A stretch of DNA of 49,568 bases from the NCBI RefSeq assembly GCF_000372725.1, contig NW_005201391.1, forward strand, positions 1-49,568, in the 5' to 3' direction. Position numbers and translations under genes: made by a program. A model generated the notes under the pieces. That model was not told the DNA's origin and made no database searches. It was given only the letters and a program-made list of their open reading frames with translations. Source of the DNA: Emiliania huxleyi CCMP1516. Lineage: Eukaryota. How positions within the stretch are numbered: position 1 is the stretch's first letter; every line of letters starts with the position of its first letter. This document shows positions 38,026 through 49,325 of this stretch, in pieces.

Positions 38026-40257
38026 CTAGATGAACTTCCCCTGCATAATTAGCATCGTGCTCACCACGATGACATAGCTGGGCACGACTATTCGACGGCC
38101 GACCCAGTCGAAGTCGATGTCCGCAGGCGGCTCCTCCGCTGCTTCCGCCAGACTCTCCGGCGACGGGCGTCGCTTCCGGAGAGAGAGCGCGGGCCCAACC
38201 CCGGCACTTGCACGCGCAGCCGCGAGCAGGTCGCTGGGCCCGCCGGTCTCGCGTCGCCTGGGAACGCCGTCGCGCTGCCCGCTCGGCTCCTCCTCGTCCG
38301 CCCCCTCGCGCTCCCTAAAATAGGGCTGGCCCTGCCCATTGCGCTCCCCCTGGCTGGTACTGCGCTCGATCCTCCGCATGCGGACGCGCCCGCGCCTCCA
38401 GCTTCTCCCTGCTCTCTGGATCCGCCGAGAAATGCTGCCGTTGAAGTCGAGGAAGCTGAAGAAGCACACTAGCGCCTGGTAGCTGACGTTGATTGTCATA
38501 AAGAGCTCGCTCCAGGTCACGTCGGACGTGTCTGGCATATCGACCGACACGCGCAGGGCGAGCGTGCAGAGCAGCGCCGTGACACCGAGGGCGATCGAAT
38601 CCCCCGGCGCCGGGATCCAAAAGGCGATGAACCCCACTAGATTGAGTAGAATTGCCGGCACGATGAGGCGGAGCCACATCTTGAACGAGTGCCTCGTGAA
38701 GTGTAGCTTGTACAAAACGACATCGCGCCGCTCGTCGGCGTCGAGCGCTGTCGAGAACGATGCGTAGAAATTCGGATCCTCGTGGACCACATCGAAGCCG
38801 AGGCCGCCGTCCATGGAGACGGCAAGGTTGCTCACGGCGAGAGAGGCGGCGCAATCGTACTCGTCGAACGGGAAATGGCTGATGCCCTTCTCCGTGTGGC
38901 AGAGAAAAGTCGAGCGGAGGTAGTGCTCGACGGAAACCCGTCCTGACGGCATGACGACCGCTGGCACGCTCGAGAGCGTGTTGCGCGAATACTCGTTGAG
39001 GAAGAGGAACGGAGGCATCCAGATCTGGTCAAGCTGCAGCTCGATCGGGTCGGCGTGCTTGCGCATCGCCCACTCGAGCCGCGGGTCGACCCAAGAGAGG
39101 TGCAACCAGTAAACGAGCTCAAAGGTGCCGTCAAAGGGCGTGAAGTGCGTCACGCTCACGTTGCGGAGGCCGGTCTCGACGGACGTCCTTCCGACCGGCG
39201 GCACGCGAGGGTCATAGCTGCTCATCTGCTCTTCGAGCAGCAAACCGACGGGGTCGCTCGAGACGGTCGACGCGCTCGACCAGGACACGTCTACCGTCGC
39301 GCCTTCAACGTCAAACTCCGCCGCCACTGCGGCCGTCGAGCTGAGCCCTATATCCTGCACGGTTTGCACGAGCTGCTGCAGCGTGCGCCACATCCCCAGG
39401 TTGGGGTAGAAGACCATCTGGTCGACCGTCACGAGGATCTTGCGCGCCGATACGAGGTCTGGGAAGCTATTGTCCCAGCCGGTGGTGCCGAGCATGCTGT
39501 ACTCCTCCTCTTGCAGCGTTTGCCTCGCCGCAGACAGCAGCGCGCGAGCGCTGTCGTCGTTGGGCGCGAGGATCACCTCCGGCAGCGGCTTGCTGGCAAA
39601 GTAAGGGGCCACTGCCTGGGTGGCGCCCTCCACGCTCGCGGAGATCGACCAGAGATCGCTGTATCCGACAGGACACGCCTCGGCAAAGCCAGCGAGGGTC
39701 GAGTCCACACGAAAGTCGAGGTCGGACCGGCCGGTGAGGTAGAACCTGGCCACCCTCAGACGGGTGGCTCCTCCCTTGAGCCGGCAGAGCTCGCGGCCCA
39801 AGGCGGCGCCTGCGTCGGGAGAAGCGGCGCCCTCGGGAGAGGCGTGCACGTACAGCACGTCGGCGGCGGCCAGGCTGTGCCTCGTGAGGTTGAGTCCCGA
39901 GCCGAAGGCTTCAATCGCCGCAACGCCGGTGCGCAGCATGTTGACGAGCGCATCCTCTGCTGCGCCGCCCGCGGGCACCGCGCCCGAGATGACGAGCGTC
40001 TGCCTCGGGCTGTCTGCGGCGGCGGCCGTGGCGTCACGCAGCGCCTTTTCGTGGAAAGCGTCGGAGTACTCTGCAAACTGGCCGGCATCGTAGGGCGAGC
40101 AGAGATGCTGGGAGCCCGGGAAGGACGCGACGCCCGCGGCGGCGAACTTGCTGTACCAACTGTCTGGGTCACCGCAGCGGCCGCCGATGAGGAGAATGCG
40201 AGTGAAATTGAGGACGGTTGCGCGCTCTGAGCTCGCACGACGGCGCGGTGCGTCCAT
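38026..40257 (-). CDS. Pentameric ligand-gated ion channel subunit with N-terminal type I periplasmic-binding-protein domain; intronless
   Basis: PBP-I: VILAPNDDSA, TTGWD, VTVDQ. Channel LBD: YDPRVPP, W.DPRLEW, IWMP, FPFD. Four TM helices, with M1 LIVPAILL and M2 GDSIALGVTALL. Confidence 0.92.
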   Translation of the reverse strand: MDAPRRRASSERATVLNFTRILLIGGRCGDPDSWYSKFAAAGVASFPGSQHLCSPYDAGQFAEYSDAFHEKALRDATAAAADSPRQTLVISGAVPAGGAAEDALVNMLRTGVAAIEAFGSGLNLTRHSLAAADVLYVHASPEGAASPDAGAALGRELCRLKGGATRLRVARFYLTGRSDLDFRVDSTLAGFAEACPVGYSDLWSISASVEGATQAVAPYFASKPLPEVILAPNDDSARALLSAARQTLQEEEYSMLGTTGWDNSFPDLVSARKILVTVDQMVFYPNLGMWRTLQQLVQTVQDIGLSSTAAVAAEFDVEGATVDVSWSSASTVSSDPVGLLLEEQMSSYDPRVPPVGRTSVETGLRNVSVTHFTPFDGTFELVYWLHLSWVDPRLEWAMRKHADPIELQLDQIWMPPFLFLNEYSRNTLSSVPAVVMPSGRVSVEHYLRSTFLCHTEKGISHFPFDEYDCAASLAVSNLAVSMDGGLGFDVVHEDPNFYASFSTALDADERRDVVLYKLHFTRHSFKMWLRLIVPAILLNLVGFIAFWIPAPGDSIALGVTALLCTLALRVSVDMPDTSDVTWSELFMTINVSYQALVCFFSFLDFNGSISRRIQRAGRSWRRGRVRMRRIERSTSQGERNGQGQPYFREREGADEEEPSGQRDGVPRRRETGGPSDLLAAARASAGVGPALSLRKRRPSPESLAEAAEEPPADIDFDWVGRRIVVPSYVIVVSTMLIMQGKFI

Positions 40258-40389
40258 TGAGGAGAATGACGAGTTCGAGGGGCGAGGGGGGCGGCCACGC
40301 GAGCGTCCACCCCGGTTCCGTCGTACGAACCGTCCCTTGGATGCGCAAAGGTAATATTTTCGCATATGCGGCGGGCTCTCTCTCGAGGT

Positions 40390-40415
40390 GGCTCGCCGTT
40401 TTCTTTATTTATTTA
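40390..40415 (+). mobile_element. 26-bp insertion with (TTTA)n tail and 9-bp TSD
   Basis: TCTCGAGGT at 40381-40389 and 40416-40424. Confidence 0.6.
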
Positions 40416-40946
40416 TCTCGAGGTCTCGAGAATAAAACCACAAGCAAACGCGTTTTTTGTTGTCGCTTGGTCTGTGATCTCTCAATATGTTTAAATAATG
40501 GAGCCGGTTAAAGCCTGCACAAAGACCGCAGGGCGGGGACCTGTTCCTTTTTACCCATCTCCTAGTAGAGGTGTCCGTTTTATTTATTTACGGTTACTGA
40601 CGATATGGCCTTGTGCGAAATTATGCCTAATTTTTCTTTTTTGTCTTGCCACTTGCGGCTTGAGACTTGTGCTGTTATGTATATGTAATGTTTTGTTCGT
40701 CGTACGCGCGTCCCGATCATCTCGTGACGTGCGGCATGGGTCGGACAATGTGCTGATCACTCGAGGCACGCCGGCTCTCTGCGGGTGGACTGAGAGCGGG
40801 CCCGCTCGAGGGCTTGCCGTGCCGACCTCCACCAGCCGGGGGACCTCCGGCCGGGGAGCCTTCGCGCGCCTCCCGCCTGGAGAGCGGCGTGCTTGCGCAG
40901 ACTTGCGCGCTTCGGCCCAGTGCGGGGGCGCTCCGGTGCGCCGCGC

Positions 40947-42006
40947 TTACCACTGGCGCCCGCCGCCGCCGCCGCCGTAGAAGCCGCCGCCGCCACCCTG
41001 GGCGCCGTAGCCGCCGCCGTAGCCGCCGGGCGCGCCGCCGCCGTACCCGCCGCCGCCGCCGTAGCCGCCGCCGCCGCCGTACCCGCCGCCTNNNNNNNNN
41101 NNNNNNNNNNNNNNNNNNNNNNNNNNNNNNNNNNNNNNNNNNNNNNNNNNNNNNNNNNNNNNNNNNNNNNNNNNNNNNNNNNNNNNNNNNNCCCTTGATC
41201 ATTGGGGAAACTTTTATGAAAGGCGAAAGTTTTACTGGACCAGTCGCGGCAGATTCGATTGCAGTGTTACCAGTCGGGAAGACGAGCGGACACGGACCGG
41301 CGGAAAAGCGTGTAAGGCGGCTCACCGGGGCGCACCAGGGACAGCCCGGGTCAGCGGCGGCGCGAAGAGGAAGGAGGTGGCGAGGGAGGGGGCGGCGATG
41401 AGGGCGGCGGCGGCGAGGGAAGGGGGCGGTGGTGGGGGCGGAAAAGGAGATGGCGGCGGTGGCGGTGAGGGTGGCGGCGGGGACGGCGGCGGCGGAGGCG
41501 ATGTGGCGGCGGGGACAGCGAACCTTCTTGTCATCCCACTCCTTCACGAAATGGACCGCGCTGCCTTGGGCGAGCGCGTTGCCGTCGCTGATCTGCGAGA
41601 AGTGGCAGAAGAGGTCCTCCCCGCCGTCGTCGGGCGCGATGAAGCCGAAGCCCTTCTCACCGTTCCACCGCACCACCTTGCCCTGGATCATGCCCTCTGG
41701 CGGCGGGCCCGAAACGCCGCCGCCGCCGCCGCCGCCGCCGAGTGCATCCTCCTCGCCGCCGGTGACTTGCTCGGCGCGCTCCTTGCCCTTGCGCTCGTCG
41801 TACACCTTGACAAACTGCACCTGGGCGCCCTCCCGCAGCATGTTGCCGTCGAGGATGGACGAGTAGTGGCAGAAGAGGTCGCCGCCGCCGTCGTCGGGCT
41901 TGATGAAGCCGAAGCCCTTGTAGTTCCAGCGGAGGGCCGTGCCGGTTCCCCGCGGGCCGGCGTCGCCCGCGCCGGCGTCGCCCGTCATCGCCGCGTCGCC
42001 CATCAT
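40947..42006 (-). CDS. Cold-shock-domain protein (two CSDs, Gly/Tyr-rich tail); spans a gap
   Basis: KGFGFIKPDDGGGDLFCHYS and KGFGFIAPDDGGEDLFCHFS. Tail GGYGGG..GGRQW* ends at 40947. Confidence 0.92.
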
Positions 42007-42734
42007 TGCGCGGAGCTGCTGTCTCCACGATGAGCGGAGGTCCCTCTGAGCACAGAGAGCCCGACAATTTTTTTTTTACCAACTCGTGCAGAAATACCGC
42101 ACCAACGTCGCGGGTTCGCCGCTGCTTGCGCCGCTGCTGCAGGAGGTGCCCCGAGACATGCGCCGTCTCGGCGGACGACTCGGACGCGCCTAGGGTGCCC
42201 ACAGGACCCAAAAAAAGAAAGGAAAAAAGAAATTGGCCATTCCCGATCGCAGCACTTCGTGTTGGATAGTCGAGATATTGAGAGTGTGACTAGGAGGGTG
42301 GGACGCTGGGGATTCTCAAAGGTATCACCGTCCACCTCGGCTTCGCCACACACGCGCCCAACGTCGGCGGCGACATCCAGGAGGAGCTCCGCGCGATCCA
42401 GCGGCGCGACGAGCGGGTGCGTCCACCCCCGCTCTCACCTCCACCCCTCGCACCCGCACCGACCCTCCTTGCCGCGCGCGCTCAGGAGGGCCGGCCCGCC
42501 TTTTCTTTCAAGGAGAATTTTAACATCGCGCGCGACGGCCGGAAGGAGGCGGGGAAGCTCGAGCAGCTCTACGTCAAGCACTGCATGCCTGCCATCTCCC
42601 TCTGGCCGAGCGTCGCGTGGCCCACGTACTCGCACGCCTCGCGCTACATCCACTGGTGGACATGCAAGGAGCTCCGCACCCACCGCCGAATTGTCGGTGG
42701 TCCGTGAATACCTCCCTCACGGAGGAGGACTGCT

Positions 42735-42879
42735 GACAGGGTTTGCGATGAGGAGCGACCCGAAGGGTTTCTCGGAGGTTAGGGCGTTAGCACCACTAAC
42801 CGCCGAAGCGCAAGCACTTGGAGCAAGAACACTACGACCTGGGTCGGGCTCATACTAGCACCCCACCTCGCGGGCCGAT
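42735..42879 (-). repeat. ~145-bp dispersed structured repeat, copy 2
   Basis: Reverse complement of 20372-20517. Confidence 0.9.
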
Positions 42880-43093
42880 ATTCCACAGCCTGGTTCCGTT
42901 CACACTTCTGCGCAACTCGAGAGACCCCAGATTGGCATCCATGCCTCTCTGGACAGGGTGGCCCGCCACAACGACCCCTGGAATTGCGACTCGCCGCTTT
43001 CCTCCCGCTGTGATTCTGTGTGAGCTCTGTGTCTTGATTTGCCAACGACACGCTCCCACCGCAAGCGCAGCGAGAGCAGCAAGGCGCAAGGCC

Positions 43094-44015
43094 ATGGGCT
43101 ACGCTCCGCCTCGCTCTCCCGACACGCAGCCAGTCGGCGTCAAGAAGAGACGCTCGCCGAAGCCCGGCCCGAGCCACATCATTGACCTGCGGCCGGCGCT
43201 CGAGGCAGTGCACGTCAGCAGCGCCCGGTGCGCCCTTGCATATCTGCCGTGGGAGTTGGGCGCTCGACCCTCCACTCCAGAGAAGGAGCACAGGTCCGGG
43301 CCACCGGACGCCGGGCTAAGCCTGCGCAGCGAGAGGCCGCACGCTGGCGAGCGCGATGCCGCGCCGCAAAAGCTGCGTGTCTCGCGCATTTGTGTCGAGG
43401 ACATTGTGTCTGCCCAGATTGACGCGTGCGATCCGCTGAAGACCCTCCCCGCGGCCGACTTCTGCCACGTGCTCTCCGAGGTGACGGACATCGTGGTGCG
43501 GGTCATGACCGAAGGCGAGCGCGCGGTGCGTGCCGGACCCCGTAGATGCTGAAAGCACGGGCCTCCCGACGCTACTCTCACTCAGGACTTGAGAATCACC
43601 GCGGCATCCCCGTGCAGCGCAGGTGTGCGACGGCGAGGACCTCGCCTTCATCAGACGGCGCGTGCAGGAGCTGGTCCAGCCAGGGCCGGGAGCGTCGGAG
43701 GGCATGGTGGTGTACGATTACGAGCAGGCTAGCAGGCGGGGCGAGCGGCAGCGCGCGGCGGCGCCGTCGACAGAGCGCTTCCAGCGGTACGACCACGTGG
43801 CGTGCCGGCTGGACGGGGGCACATGGGCCAGCGGCGTCGTGCACCTGCACGCCAAGCTGCCCTTCGTGCACGTGAAGCTGATCGACCCGGACGACATGTA
43901 CAACCACGGTCGGATCATCGCCGTGCCGGAAGGCGCGTGCCACCTGCAGCGGGCCGCCGTCTGCGATGACTCGGCGCTGTTTTACCCCGTCATCAACCTG
44001 CGGAAATCGGCATAG
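43094..44015 (+). CDS. Two-exon hypothetical protein with a C-terminal SH3/Tudor-like beta domain
   Basis: MGYAPPRSP... with an intron of about 43515-43622, then RFQRYDHVACRLDGGTWASGVV...VHVKLIDP..GRIIAVP. Confidence 0.5.
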
Positions 44016-44465
44016 TGTGTGTAGCTAGCAGTATGTAGTTGGAGCGACTCTCTCTTCGTTCGAATGTGTGTGCTGCCTCTGTGTCGCCCCCGTCGATCGC
44101 GAGCGAGTGTTCCTTCAGGGATGTCCTGCTTATTCTATTTCTGTCTGAGCCCGCTTTCTAGGTAAGTCGCTCGAGTAAGTAACGAGTCGAAACGAGGTAC
44201 CGGAGTACGTGGCTGGGTTCACAGCGATTGTAGGAAAGTGTCGTCGGGAACTACACGTTAAACGGCGGTCGGGGTCGCGGCCTTCCGACTCGCGCCTCCG
44301 CCTCACTGGCACTATTGTAGCCCTGGCCGGTGCGCGTGTGAAGTTTAAGTTCCGGAGTGAAAATTCGAACGCGTTCTCTAACGGTGACCAAAAAATGTCC
44401 ACCTCAGAGGCACCTCCGGAGGCCGGCCGCCGCACGCCGGCGACACAGTCAGCATTGGCCAGCCG

Positions 44466-45530
44466 GTGGCGCTGGCGCCCGCCTGGCCAGTGGCGCCGCT
44501 GCCGGGGCAAGGTCCGCCCGTCACAGCCGGCATATTCCTTGGCTCAATCGAACCGCAGCAGCAGGGTTTGACGGCCGAGGCTGCGATCCAGCATGCTGAG
44601 CCGCGCGTGGCTACGCGCTCCACGCAGAGCGTGTTTGCGTCGCCTGCAAGAACGTTGCGCGCATCCGCACCAGAACCAGAGCCCAGACAGCATCAGAGCG
44701 AGCCGAGGCGCCCACCCTTCGTTGTGCCGCCGGCGCAGTTGCTTTGGGAGCCCACAATGCCAGGGCCAGTGATGCCAGGGGCTGTGGTTCCGGGCGCTGT
44801 GCCGCCACTCCCACCATTCGTTGTGCCGCCGGCGCAGTTGCTTAGGGAGCCCACAATGCCAGGGCCAGTGATGCCAGGGGCTGTGGTTCCGGGCGCTGTG
44901 CCGCCACTGAGTCTGCAGATTGGCTCGTCGGCCGCCATGGCGTGCCAGCAGTACCATGGGGAGGCGAGGCCAATCAGACAACAGAAGAAGCGAAAGGCGG
45001 AGGAGATGGACAGCGTGGCTGGCAGCGCGGGCGCTTCAGCGGCTCCGACGGCTTCTGCGTCGCCAGCCGCTTCGCCAGGCGTGTGGACGGAGCCCACGCC
45101 GTCTCCCGCCCCTTCGCCCGCGCCGCTGTCTGCGCTGAATCCACCTGAGATGGTCTCAGCACCGCCCAAGGCTTCTGGAGGCGACACCGGCAGCGAGGGT
45201 GGAGATCAGGCCGCTGTCACCATCGCTGTCGCTGCCTTCGACGAGTCGTCAGCCATGGAGCAAGAGCTCTTTGCAGGCTGGCAGCTCACGCAGATCTGCA
45301 CCGTGCACCAGCAGCGCCTTCAGGCAGGCGAGGACCTGCGGAACCACCACGCGATGGAGACACTTGCGGAGGCATCTGAGGCGATGTCTCCTACGATTGG
45401 ACCTGCGCTCGGCCCGGCCGACGCGCCTTCTCCTCCTCTTTCCAATCCGCCGTCGCCACCTGCACCCCAAGTGAGGCTGGCCTCGCTCGAGGTTGGTATG
45501 TGTCAGCACGATCGGGTATCTCCTATTTAA
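44466..45530 (+). CDS. Pro/Ala-rich ORF with internal 99-bp-period tandem duplication; start uncertain
   Basis: PFVVPPAQLL(W/R)EPTMPGPVMPGAVVPGAVPPL occurs twice. QKKRK is NLS-like. Confidence 0.35.
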   Translation: MALAPAWPVAPLPGQGPPVTAGIFLGSIEPQQQGLTAEAAIQHAEPRVATRSTQSVFASPARTLRASAPEPEPRQHQSEPRRPPFVVPPAQLLWEPTMPGPVMPGAVVPGAVPPLPPFVVPPAQLLREPTMPGPVMPGAVVPGAVPPLSLQIGSSAAMACQQYHGEARPIRQQKKRKAEEMDSVAGSAGASAAPTASASPAASPGVWTEPTPSPAPSPAPLSALNPPEMVSAPPKASGGDTGSEGGDQAAVTIAVAAFDESSAMEQELFAGWQLTQICTVHQQRLQAGEDLRNHHAMETLAEASEAMSPTIGPALGPADAPSPPLSNPPSPPAPQVRLASLEVGMCQHDRVSPI

Positions 45531-46818
45531 CTTGATAAACCAGCCGATCCAACAATCCTTTCACACCGGACGGTAGAGCCAAATCTGACGGCCAGAAAGC
45601 TCACCAGCCTCGCAACACATGCCATACCCATCCCTGACAAGCGTGGTTTGACTCACAGAAGCCGCAGGCTACGTGGAAACATAGCTACGTGACCACGCAA
45701 AACACGCCCGGAGACGGCTCACATCCCGATATCCCGGGCTCCAACAATGGTCCCACTACCGGACCTATCGCGGTCCGACGCCGATCTACTTGGCTGTCCC
45801 CAGCCCACAGGTACCGGGTGCACCCAGCCTGGCCGCAGGAGGGCGGGCCCGGGCCGAACCTCCCACTCAGAGGTCCGTTGAAGTCGTCCGCGGCGCCGTC
45901 CCGAAGCAGCAGCCGCGGGAGCGGGAGCGGAGAAGCTCGTACTCGGACCGACGCGATAATATTGACGATGCAATGCCAACTGTGCGTACAATGACTTGTA
46001 CACACATCACCTGGGTCATGATGGTCCATATGAAGGATGGACAGAGTCACGCACATCGCCTACACGGTCTGAGGGTGGTGAGGACTGATACATGCCCGGG
46101 TCGGGTTGAGTGCGATCGGAGAAGAACAAAGTGTGAACTATGCGCCAAATGCGCTGGTCAAGGGGATAGGAGGATGTTGTGTGTGACAGGGCTGCTCCGG
46201 AGCAGCCCTAAGCTGCAGGCCTTCGTCCACAGAGACCCGTCAAGGAGCGTCTTCTAGCTTTGTCTGCACGACTGTCACGGATCACGCAAGGCCGCTACGG
46301 AGACGAGCAGCTCCGAATCAGCGGCAATCCTCATGCATCCAGGCGTCACAGTCAATATCAGTGGTCTAGCTACCGCCATGCACAGCTTGACGTCGATGTC
46401 TCCAGGCTGGAGTGCATGTATCCTTTGTTACGCCGCTCGGAGGTCTGATGGAGCCGCAGAACGCCTGGGGCTGTGAGGGCGTCAGGCGGTGCCGCAGATA
46501 GACTTCTACCTCATAGCGCGCACCGATCCATCCGCGCCGGGCCCTGGCCGCCGCCAGCGGACGGTGCACCACCAGAAAGGTCACCTACAGGGCACATTGT
46601 TGGACTTTGGCGGCCGATTTGCGCTCGAGCCGCCGCGCGGGAATCAGCACCGGCAGGCAGCGAGAGCACGACTGGCGACCGAGAAGCCAGCAGTGCTGCG
46701 CCGACACATACCGGTCTGGCCAGTGCGCGAAGCTGCCGCATGCGGCCTTCCAGAGGCCGAGCGCGCGGCGATTGTTGGACGGTCACGTCGTTTCGGTTTA
46801 TCGGGACGCGCCGGGATA

Positions 46819-48327
46819 TCAAGTAAATAGGAGATATCGGTCGGTCAGGTTATCGACGAGCCTGTGCTGGATGCCAAAGAGTAGCCAAAAGGACAGGAGG
46901 ACGATGAGCGGGCCAGTGGACCCCTCCAGGTTACCTCGCAACCCGGCCCTCTCCTCGAGGCGCCGCAGCATCCCCACTCCGTTGCGCGCTGCCACAAGCC
47001 ACACCCACCCCACGAAGAAGGAGAAAGAGTTGGAGACAAAGAAGCGCTCCACCGTTGCACGCGAGGCGATGTCGTCGCCGCCGTATACCGGCTCCCCCGT
47101 CACCACAAACCAGGCGACGGCAAAGGCGGCGGCGGCGAGGGCGAGCAGAACGTTGATGGCGAGGACGTCAATGTCGGGGGGCATGGCTTCGGAAAGGGTC
47201 GGGAAGATTACGATGGCCACGTCGAGCCACGCGCACCCAGCTACCCAGCTCATCGCGGCCTGCACCAAGTCGGAGAAGGAGCAGGCCGCCTCGACGACGA
47301 GGTCGCGGTGGCCGGCTGCAAGCTTCGGGCTGGATGACTTTATCCTGATCTCCATCAGCTCGAGCGCGGCGCTGAACATCGCGCCCGCGAAGGTGGAGAC
47401 GCCGGCCCACAGCAGCAGCAGCTTGGTCGTCAGCAAGGGCCCGTCCGCGCCCACGAGGACGGTCCTGTACGACGCATAGTACCAGGCCGACATGACCGTG
47501 ATCGTGCAACCCCGCGCAACCATGGACCACAGGTCGCTGACCAAGTCCTCGACAAAGTCGATGCACCGCCCGTCGCCCCACTCGATGTTTTGTGCCCAAG
47601 GCTGTATCTTGAGCAGCACAAACGCGCTCGTCACGGTGAGGAGAGAGGCGAACCCTATTTCGAGGCCGGTGCAGTCCGGCTCGACCTCAGGCACGAGCGC
47701 AGCAGAGTGGTTCGCGTTGAACACGCACGCTTCGCCCCTGAGCGTCATCGCGCAGAGGCCTGGGTGCGCGGCTTTCATCTCCCTCAAGAATTTGTCGGTG
47801 GCAAAGGCGAATGCCCACCCCGTCGTGTACTTGAGCATCATGGGGAGCTGGTGGAAGCCTCTCCATCGGTCTGCCAACCCGGTCCACTCGGCCATGTGCT
47901 TGCCAAAGCCGCCAATGGGGACGCTGGCGAGCGCGAAGATGTACTGCGAGCTGGCCGGCGCCTCTGTTGTGCATGCCAGCTCCAGGTAGTTCTCGCAGTA
48001 CAACGTCGGGTGCAGCTGGAAGATGGCATTGGACCAGAGATCAAACCACAGCCGTGACAGCACGAAGACCGTAGTGTCCTCAAAGAAGGTTGCAACCGTC
48101 GTCATCTCGCCCACCAAGGAGGACGCGAGCAGAGCACGCGCGTCCGCTATCCGTGGGGGCCAGGTCAGAAAGAGGAGGACGATAAACTGCATCGGCGTCG
48201 GGAGATCGGAGGCTTCACTCGTTGCACCAGAAGTCCTCACTGTGTCAGCGTCGTCCATGTTGCGCCGCGTCGAAATGCTAGTGTTCGACGAGCGCAGCCT
48301 CGGCGGTGGCGAGTCCCGCCTGCTCAT
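46819..48327 (-). CDS. Multi-pass membrane protein of unknown function
   Basis: Uninterrupted ORF of about 500 aa from MSRRDSPP with roughly ten hydrophobic segments and strong GC3 bias. Confidence 0.75.
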   Translation of the reverse strand: MSRRDSPPPRLRSSNTSISTRRNMDDADTVRTSGATSEASDLPTPMQFIVLLFLTWPPRIADARALLASSLVGEMTTVATFFEDTTVFVLSRLWFDLWSNAIFQLHPTLYCENYLELACTTEAPASSQYIFALASVPIGGFGKHMAEWTGLADRWRGFHQLPMMLKYTTGWAFAFATDKFLREMKAAHPGLCAMTLRGEACVFNANHSAALVPEVEPDCTGLEIGFASLLTVTSAFVLLKIQPWAQNIEWGDGRCIDFVEDLVSDLWSMVARGCTITVMSAWYYASYRTVLVGADGPLLTTKLLLLWAGVSTFAGAMFSAALELMEIRIKSSSPKLAAGHRDLVVEAACSFSDLVQAAMSWVAGCAWLDVAIVIFPTLSEAMPPDIDVLAINVLLALAAAAFAVAWFVVTGEPVYGGDDIASRATVERFFVSNSFSFFVGWVWLVAARNGVGMLRRLEERAGLRGNLEGSTGPLIVLLSFWLLFGIQHRLVDNLTDRYLLFT

Positions 48328-48975
48328 TGTGTGAGGGAGAACGATGACGCGGAGCCCTGCTTTTGTGTGAGCGAGGGAGAACGCTGCAGAGCTGCAGAGC
48401 TGCAGGGCGCGGCGCGCTGAGCGATACGTTCGTCCCTCGTCACTGTGATCCGCTAAAAACAATATTTTTTTCTTAGGAGCAACCCAGCATCCTTTCTGAA
48501 AAAACGCACGGACAACATGAAGAAGAAGAAAGAGAGATGGCACTCGCTCTCGGGCCCAGAGCTACAGGCGGGAGATTTGTTTTTGAGCTAGCCTATGAAA
48601 AAAGACAGAGTCTCCTACGGGAATGCACGTAAGAGCTACATACACTGAAAAACGCAAAAGGGGAAAGAAAAAAGAAAACAGATAAGCAAAGGGAGGGATG
48701 GAAACGCAAAAGGGCACATCGCCGGCTCCAGAGTATATTTTCCCATACCACCCAAGCACCCAAGACAGCTTGGAGAGCTCCTGGTCCCGCAACATTTCGT
48801 AACGATAGTCCGCTAATTGGCCATCTGAATCCTTCAGCCTCCGCACGCGTACCTAGCACCTACTACTCGAGTAGGGCTAGGCTCTTGGGCGGCGCGCCGC
48901 CGCCCAACACTTCACAACGGACCTGGTTGCTCGGCAAGGCTTGCGGTCGGCCGCCTGGTCGGCGAGCGGTCTGCC

Positions 48976-49325
48976 ATGGCCTCTCTCCACCCGTTCCTAG
49001 TCCTCCTCTCGCTCGCTAGGGCGTCGAGCCTGGCCATCGAGGCGGGCCCGCTGGGCAGGGAGCTCTTTGTCGCCCGGCGCGCCGCCTCTGCCGTCGGCGG
49101 CCTTCTCGCGGCGGGCGGCGCTGTCTCTGCTGGTGAGGCCCTCCTGGCCGAGAGCCTCCGCGGCGCCGCGGTGGCCGCCGGTCGATGGGTCACCCACATC
49201 GAGGCTGGCGCCGTGAGCATCGCGTACCTGGGCCGGCCTCCGCCCTCGCTCGAGGACGGGCTCGGGACGGCACACACGGCGCCTCTGGTTGGCGTTGTGT
49301 GGCGTGGCGGCACCGTCGGCCAGGG
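48976..49325 (+). CDS. First exon of a signal-peptide protein, weakly inositol-monophosphatase-like; probably continues beyond the window
   Basis: Manual translation: MASLHPFLVLLSLARASSL..RELFVARRAASAVGGLL..EALLAESLR..RWVTHIE..AVSIAYL..PLVGVVW. Confidence 0.45.

Noticed and set aside
41192..41340. Foreign insert in the cold-shock gene
   Set aside because: It abuts an N gap and is probably poor read-end sequence.
42745..42780. Hammerhead ribozyme core
   Set aside because: GCGATGAG...GGAG departs from the required CUGAUGA...GAAA.
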